From Candidatus Zambryskiibacteriota bacterium (GTDB lineage Bacteria; Patescibacteriota; Minisyncoccia; Phycocordibacterales; DATGWK01), in contig JAHFLV010000007.1 of the NCBI GenBank assembly GCA_023264565.1, forward strand, positions 1-32,682: a DNA stretch of 32,682 nt, read 5' to 3'. Position numbers and translations under genes: made by a program. Positions 29,226 through 32,682 of this stretch are shown piece after piece. How positions within the stretch are numbered: the stretch's first letter is position 1; each line of letters starts with the position of its first letter. Below the pieces are notes generated by a model. The model saw nothing but the letters and a program-made list of their open reading frames with translations. It was not told the origin of the DNA and searched no databases.

Positions 29226-29253
29226 TTGACTTTTTATAAATTAGTGCTATTAT
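29226..29253 (+). promoter_or_regulatory. sigma70 promoter TTGACT-N16-TATTAT (extended TG)
   Basis: -35 at 29226-29231, -10 at 29248-29253. Confidence 0.7.
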
Positions 29254-29328
29254 AAATACAGAAGCTGGTTATGTTTCCAGCCCTGATCCACGAAGGAATC
29301 GTGGAAACTCCATTTGTTGGGAGATGTC

Positions 29329-29400
29329 ATGAACAAGTCTCGAGTCGCGTTCTATGCCTTTCTGGCAATCATGCTCGGCTTCGCTCTGGCCTCGATCTAA
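29329..29400 (+). CDS. 23-aa hydrophobic peptide MNKSRVAFYAFLAIMLGFALASI
   Basis: GGGAG SD 5 nt upstream; structured leader; terminator downstream; not in the ORF track. Confidence 0.6.
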   Translation: MNKSRVAFYAFLAIMLGFALASI

Positions 29401-29423
29401 TCCATCAAACTGAAGATTCGAAC

Positions 29424-29453
29424 ACCGCCCGCACTCTGTGCTGGCGGTTTTTT
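29424..29453 (+). terminator. Intrinsic terminator
   Basis: ACCGCC.GCAC-TCT-GTGC.GGCGGT-TTTTT. Confidence 0.8.
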
Positions 29454-29488
29454 ATTACACACGAACAATCAAATATTATTTAAGAAAG

Positions 29489-29643
29489 AAAAAACCCACC
29501 ATGCTTTGCAGCTAGGTGGGTGTCGACAAGCTAGGTCCTGATGGAACTTATTGTCTGGGTCAGACAGAGAATGTTCGAACGCACTCTCTTTCTCTTACCA
29601 CTTCGGACTTTCATCCGCGTATTGGTTCCCGGACCGCTCGTGT
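29489..29643 (-). ncRNA. Candidate ~155-nt structured sRNA with its own promoter and terminator
   Basis: Promoter TTGACC-N16-TAGGAT (29650-29677); closing stem plus three internal hairpins; terminator ACCCACC/GGTGGGT plus T tract at 29489-29521. Confidence 0.6.
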
Positions 29644-29716
29644 TTGGATATCCTAACTCTTTAATGATTTCGGTCAAGGATTATCCTCGTTTTATTTTTC
29701 TGTTTTTAATCCCTGT

Positions 29717-30823
29717 TTATTCTTCCTGGTCAGTATCGGGTTTTGCGACAATCACAGACTCGAGTCCGGCTGAATTTCCAGCGATTTTCAAAACGTCTTT
29801 ATCAATTTTTAAAAGTTCTTTTTGAGCACGGTTGTAGTGGTTTACCGTTGTACCAAGAGATGAGCCAAGCGACGACATGTATTGGTCGTATGCAGCAATA
29901 TGTTTACCTAAATCCTCTACCCTCTTTCGAATCTCTTTAGCTGATTCTTCGATTTGTAGTGCCTTGAGACCCTGGAGAACGGTCTGGAGATATGCCAAGA
30001 AAGATGTTGGTGAGGTAATGATGACTCGGCGATCTTTGAAGGCGTATTCGATAAGGTCACGAGTATTCACTTTAACCGCACCAACCTGAGCGACCAGAAG
30101 GTCATAATAGATGGCTTCGTGCGGAATAAACATGAACGCAAAGTCCATAGTGTTTTCAGCTGGCTTTACGTACTTTGAAGTTTCATCGATGCGGTTTTTG
30201 AGATCGCGACGAAACGCGGTTTCGAGCTCTTCACGTCGAACTGGATCTTTTTCATCAACTAAACGATTGTAATTTTCGAGAGAAAACTTTGAGTCGATCG
30301 GAATGATTTTATCTTTTACAAAAACCACAGCGTCGACGATCGTGCCATCGTTGAACTCGTACTGCATTTGGTAGCTGCCGGTCGGCATCACGTTCTTCAA
30401 AAGGGTTTCCAAATAGTATTCACCCAAAATACCGCGTTGCTTTGGATTTTTCAAAATGTCCTGCAAAGACTGAAGCTGGTCAGCAAAAGACACAACTTGT
30501 TTGTTTGTTTCGTCGAGCTTAGTGAGCCCCATAGTGACATCGCGAATGAGCTTTGCGGATTCACCGAACTGATTTCGCATCGATTCGTTTTGGTTGCGCA
30601 TTGATTCACTCACCTGTCGGTTGGTCTCGCCCATTTTGGCATCGATAGTTTTTGAAAGTTCGTTAATATGCTGGAGCATGAGTGACATGGCTGGATCTGG
30701 CTTCCCCGCCAATTCATCTTCTGACTTTTTTGCATTACTAAGCCGTTGCATCAAAACCCACAGAAAACCAGCGTTTAATAAAACAATAATTGCGACGATT
30801 ATGATGACAGCGGTAGTAGACAT
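29717..30823 (-). CDS. rmuC: DNA recombination protein RmuC
   Basis: N-terminal TM helix, coiled coil, KQRGILGE, PIDSKF, DFAFMFIPHE, SPTS. Confidence 0.93.
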   Translation of the reverse strand: MSTTAVIIIVAIIVLLNAGFLWVLMQRLSNAKKSEDELAGKPDPAMSLMLQHINELSKTIDAKMGETNRQVSESMRNQNESMRNQFGESAKLIRDVTMGLTKLDETNKQVVSFADQLQSLQDILKNPKQRGILGEYYLETLLKNVMPTGSYQMQYEFNDGTIVDAVVFVKDKIIPIDSKFSLENYNRLVDEKDPVRREELETAFRRDLKNRIDETSKYVKPAENTMDFAFMFIPHEAIYYDLLVAQVGAVKVNTRDLIEYAFKDRRVIITSPTSFLAYLQTVLQGLKALQIEESAKEIRKRVEDLGKHIAAYDQYMSSLGSSLGTTVNHYNRAQKELLKIDKDVLKIAGNSAGLESVIVAKPDTDQEE

Positions 30824-30870
30824 GGGGCAATTATACTACAGGGCGCGGCTTATGATACTATTTTCTCCAT

Positions 30871-31326
30871 ATGACACTTCAAGAAAAAATCAAAAGCGAT
30901 ATGGTTCAGGCAATGAGAGACAAAGACGCTGTAAAGGTTAGCGTTCTTCGCGGTCTTATGGCCAATTTCACAACTGAACTTGTGAATAAAAAGCGAAAGC
31001 CAGATGAAGTATTAAGTGACGAAGAAGTTACGACCGTCATCATGCGAGCTATCAAGCAACGCAAAGACTCAATCGACCAATTCAAAAAAGGTGGTCGCGA
31101 AGATCTTGTGGCTTCTGAAACAGCTGAGCTTGCGGTGATTGAAGGTTTCGCTCCTAAACTCATGTCTCCTGAAGAAATTATGGTATTCGCAAAACAAAAG
31201 AAAGCAGAAATGGATGTTGCTGATAAAACCGGAATGGGCAAACTCATGAGCGCTCTTATGAAAGATCTCAAGGGAAAAGCAGATGGTGCTGATGTTAAAA
31301 CGGCAGTTGAGTCGTTATTCCAATAA
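30871..31326 (+). CDS. yqeY: GatB/YqeY domain protein
   Basis: IKSDMVQAMR, KQRKDSIDQF..GGREDL, MGKLM...KGKADG. Confidence 0.92.
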   Translation: MTLQEKIKSDMVQAMRDKDAVKVSVLRGLMANFTTELVNKKRKPDEVLSDEEVTTVIMRAIKQRKDSIDQFKKGGREDLVASETAELAVIEGFAPKLMSPEEIMVFAKQKKAEMDVADKTGMGKLMSALMKDLKGKADGADVKTAVESLFQ

Positions 31327-31380
31327 CCAACCCTCCAGAAATAACATAAAAAATGCCCGCAAATTAGTGGCTTTTATATA

Positions 31381-31409
31381 TTGACAAATAGCATGAATAG
31401 TGCTATTAT
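31381..31409 (+). promoter_or_regulatory. sigma70 promoter TTGACA-N17-TATTAT (extended TG)
   Basis: Near-consensus elements at 31381-31386 and 31404-31409. Confidence 0.8.
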
Positions 31410-31470
31410 ACAAACAGAAATAACGTCACCGTGTTGGTGACAAAACAGCACTTTTACAGGAGCTAGAAAA

Positions 31471-31893
31471 ATGAATCAGCGTGATTTTGTTAACCGTATC
31501 ATGGGCTTCATGACAGCAATCGTACTCATCGCAATTCTTGCTTTTGTGTTCACCCACATTGGGGGCAAGACCGTCAGCGTGGAGTATGTGAATCTGCCAT
31601 CGGCCCGGGCGTTCAGCCTGCAGGTGCCGACCATCCAGAGCGAGAATGCGGTCTGGGCAACGAACACACCCTTCAAGATGACCTACATCTTCCCAGACAA
31701 GTCGCATGCGATCTACCAGACACCCGACAACCAGCTCGTGGAAACCACGAACAAGCAGGTCATCGACCTGGTCAACCGCAACGAGTACTTCGTCATAAAC
31801 GAAGGGGCGTATCGTGGTCCTCACGGCCTGATGAAGCTCACCGAGCATGACATCGACTTCACCAAGGCCGACTACTACGCCGTCGGCCCGTAA
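31471..31893 (+). CDS. Hypothetical single-TM protein
   Basis: AGGAG SD; N-terminal TM helix; codons visibly C/G-ending compared with neighbours. Confidence 0.75.
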   Translation: MNQRDFVNRIMGFMTAIVLIAILAFVFTHIGGKTVSVEYVNLPSARAFSLQVPTIQSENAVWATNTPFKMTYIFPDKSHAIYQTPDNQLVETTNKQVIDLVNRNEYFVINEGAYRGPHGLMKLTEHDIDFTKADYYAVGP

Positions 31894-31917
31894 ACTCGAA
31901 CGATATCGAGTACACCA

Positions 31918-31947
31918 AACACCTTGCGATAGCGCGGGGTGTTTTTT
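31918..31947 (+). terminator. Intrinsic terminator
   Basis: AACACCTTGCG-ATAG-CGCGGGGTGTT-TTTT. Confidence 0.8.
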
Positions 31948-31970
31948 ATTTCTAAAATTTCCTGAGATTC

Positions 31971-32401
31971 CTACAACTTTTGTGCCGTAATAAAAAGCTT
32001 ATTAAAAGGAAATTCCATCCCACTTTTTGGTTCCCGTCTTTCAACTCTCATTATTCGAAAACCCGCATTCTCCAAATATTTTCTAATTTCAGCTTCAGTA
32101 AATAAATTAATGAACATTTTTACTTCCGGTTTATATACAACAGAAAAATATCCATCTCGATCCATTGACGTAATTGGTTCTTGTAATGCAAGGTATGCGT
32201 AGCCACCAATTTAAGCACCCGAGCAATTCCTTCAACCGACATCGTCACATCTTTTTCCGGAATATGAATCAGAGAATAATTTGCAAAAACACCATCAAAA
32301 CTTTTATCTGGGAAATCCAATTTGCGTAAATCCATTTGAATCATTTTGAGGTCGGGGTGTTGCAAACTACAGCCTCTTTTCTGGCTTTCTGAAAACTTCA
32401 A
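31971..32401 (-). pseudogene. Truncated, frameshifted class I SAM-dependent methyltransferase
   Basis: MDLRKLDFPDKSFDGVFANYSLIH...ARVLK continues in another frame as GGYAYLALQEP (1-nt deletion near 32210); N-terminal GxGxG motif absent. Confidence 0.8.
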
Positions 32402-32420
32402 AACAATGAAAGACTTCGAG

Positions 32421-32492
32421 TGACCCTACGGGGAATCGAACCCCGCTTTGGAGCTTGAGAAGCTCCCGTCCTAGCCGATAGACGATAGGGCC
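32421..32492 (-). tRNA. tRNA-Glu (anticodon CTC); CCA not encoded
   Basis: GGCCCTA acceptor/TAGGGTC-A, anticodon arm GGAGC-TTCTCAA-GCTCC, T arm GGGG-TTCGATT-CCCC. Confidence 0.97.
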
Positions 32493-32514
32493 ATAGTACT
32501 ACGCACAGAACATA

Positions 32515-32543
32515 AACTTACCTCAAAAGTAGCTTGATTTCAA
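32515..32543 (-). promoter_or_regulatory. Probable tRNA promoter TTGAAA-N17-TAAGTT
   Basis: -35 at 32538-32543, -10 at 32515-32520. Confidence 0.45.
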
Positions 32544-32654
32544 ACAAAGATAAGACATTTGAGAAATGAGTTTCCGGAGGCGCGTAGGCGCCGAGAGTAG
32601 CGAAAACCCAGCAGGGTTTATCGCGCTCATTTCGAGAATGTCTTATCTTTGTTT
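32542..32654. repeat. Long-arm palindromic element, copy 2
   Basis: 29-bp inverted arms (32542-32570 / 32626-32654), 26/29 complementary, enclosing two hairpins. Confidence 0.8.
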
Positions 32655-32682
32655 CCACTCAGGCTCCTGACGGACCAAAAGC

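Noticed and set aside
29535-29582. Hammerhead ribozyme (CTGATGG...CGAAC)
   Set aside because: The core deviates from CUGANGA/GAAA, and stems I and III cannot be built.
29531-29614. Minus-strand 27-aa ORF MKVRSGKRKR... resembling the start of L36
   Set aside because: Only the first four residues match, there is no SD or L36 C-terminal motif, and the ATG is buried in the conserved hairpin.
29600-29620. RNase P RNA (GAAAGTCC on the minus strand)
   Set aside because: The transcript is too short and lacks the 3' P4 partner motif.
29271-29825. ORF-track entries 29271-29483 and 29541-29825
   Set aside because: They run through terminators or antisense to rmuC and the sRNA, and have no SD. The 23-aa frame has better signals.
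31389-31405. TAGCA-N7-TGCTA palindrome resembling CIRCE
   Set aside because: Arms are too short and the spacing is wrong; it overlaps an ordinary promoter.
31426-31848. Minus-strand 140-aa ORF
   Set aside because: Antisense shadow of the GC3-rich plus-strand gene.
1-32682. Alternative genetic code (TGA read as Gly or Trp)
   Set aside because: Conserved genes are full length under code 11, and TGA acts as a normal stop (e.g. ctpA).

Overview
Chromosomal window from a small-genome bacterium, most likely Patescibacteria/CPR (Parcubacteria-like). This is an inference from compact operons, core genes that mostly lack Shine-Dalgarno sites, pilin-like small proteins, presence of L9, and standard genetic code 11. 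The backbone is housekeeping: grpE-dnaK-dnaJ; trpS-scpA-scpB-dac-mraY-ftsW-murG-gltX-M23 peptidase; a GH1/EamA/GH-A cluster; rpmA, rplI, ctpA, cysS-dnaB-recR, rplU, rmuC, yqeY; and tRNA-Glu(CTC). The unusual content is intergenic. (1) About ten self-contained modules (sigma70 promoter, strong SD, orphan ORF, terminator) are wedged between core genes, three in tandem; two encode tiny peptides missed by the ORF track (a 23-aa hydrophobic toxin-like peptide and a 55-aa Arg-rich peptide). (2) Two copies of a long-arm palindromic element (28651-28792, 32542-32654) share a junction core and a tandem G.A mismatch, while their outer arms differ in sequence but stay fully paired. (3) Two related ~105-nt multibranch structured RNA candidates (17792-17894 and 29526-29642); the second has its own promoter and terminator. 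No integrase, transposase or CRISPR array is visible. All calls were made by eye, with no database searches.
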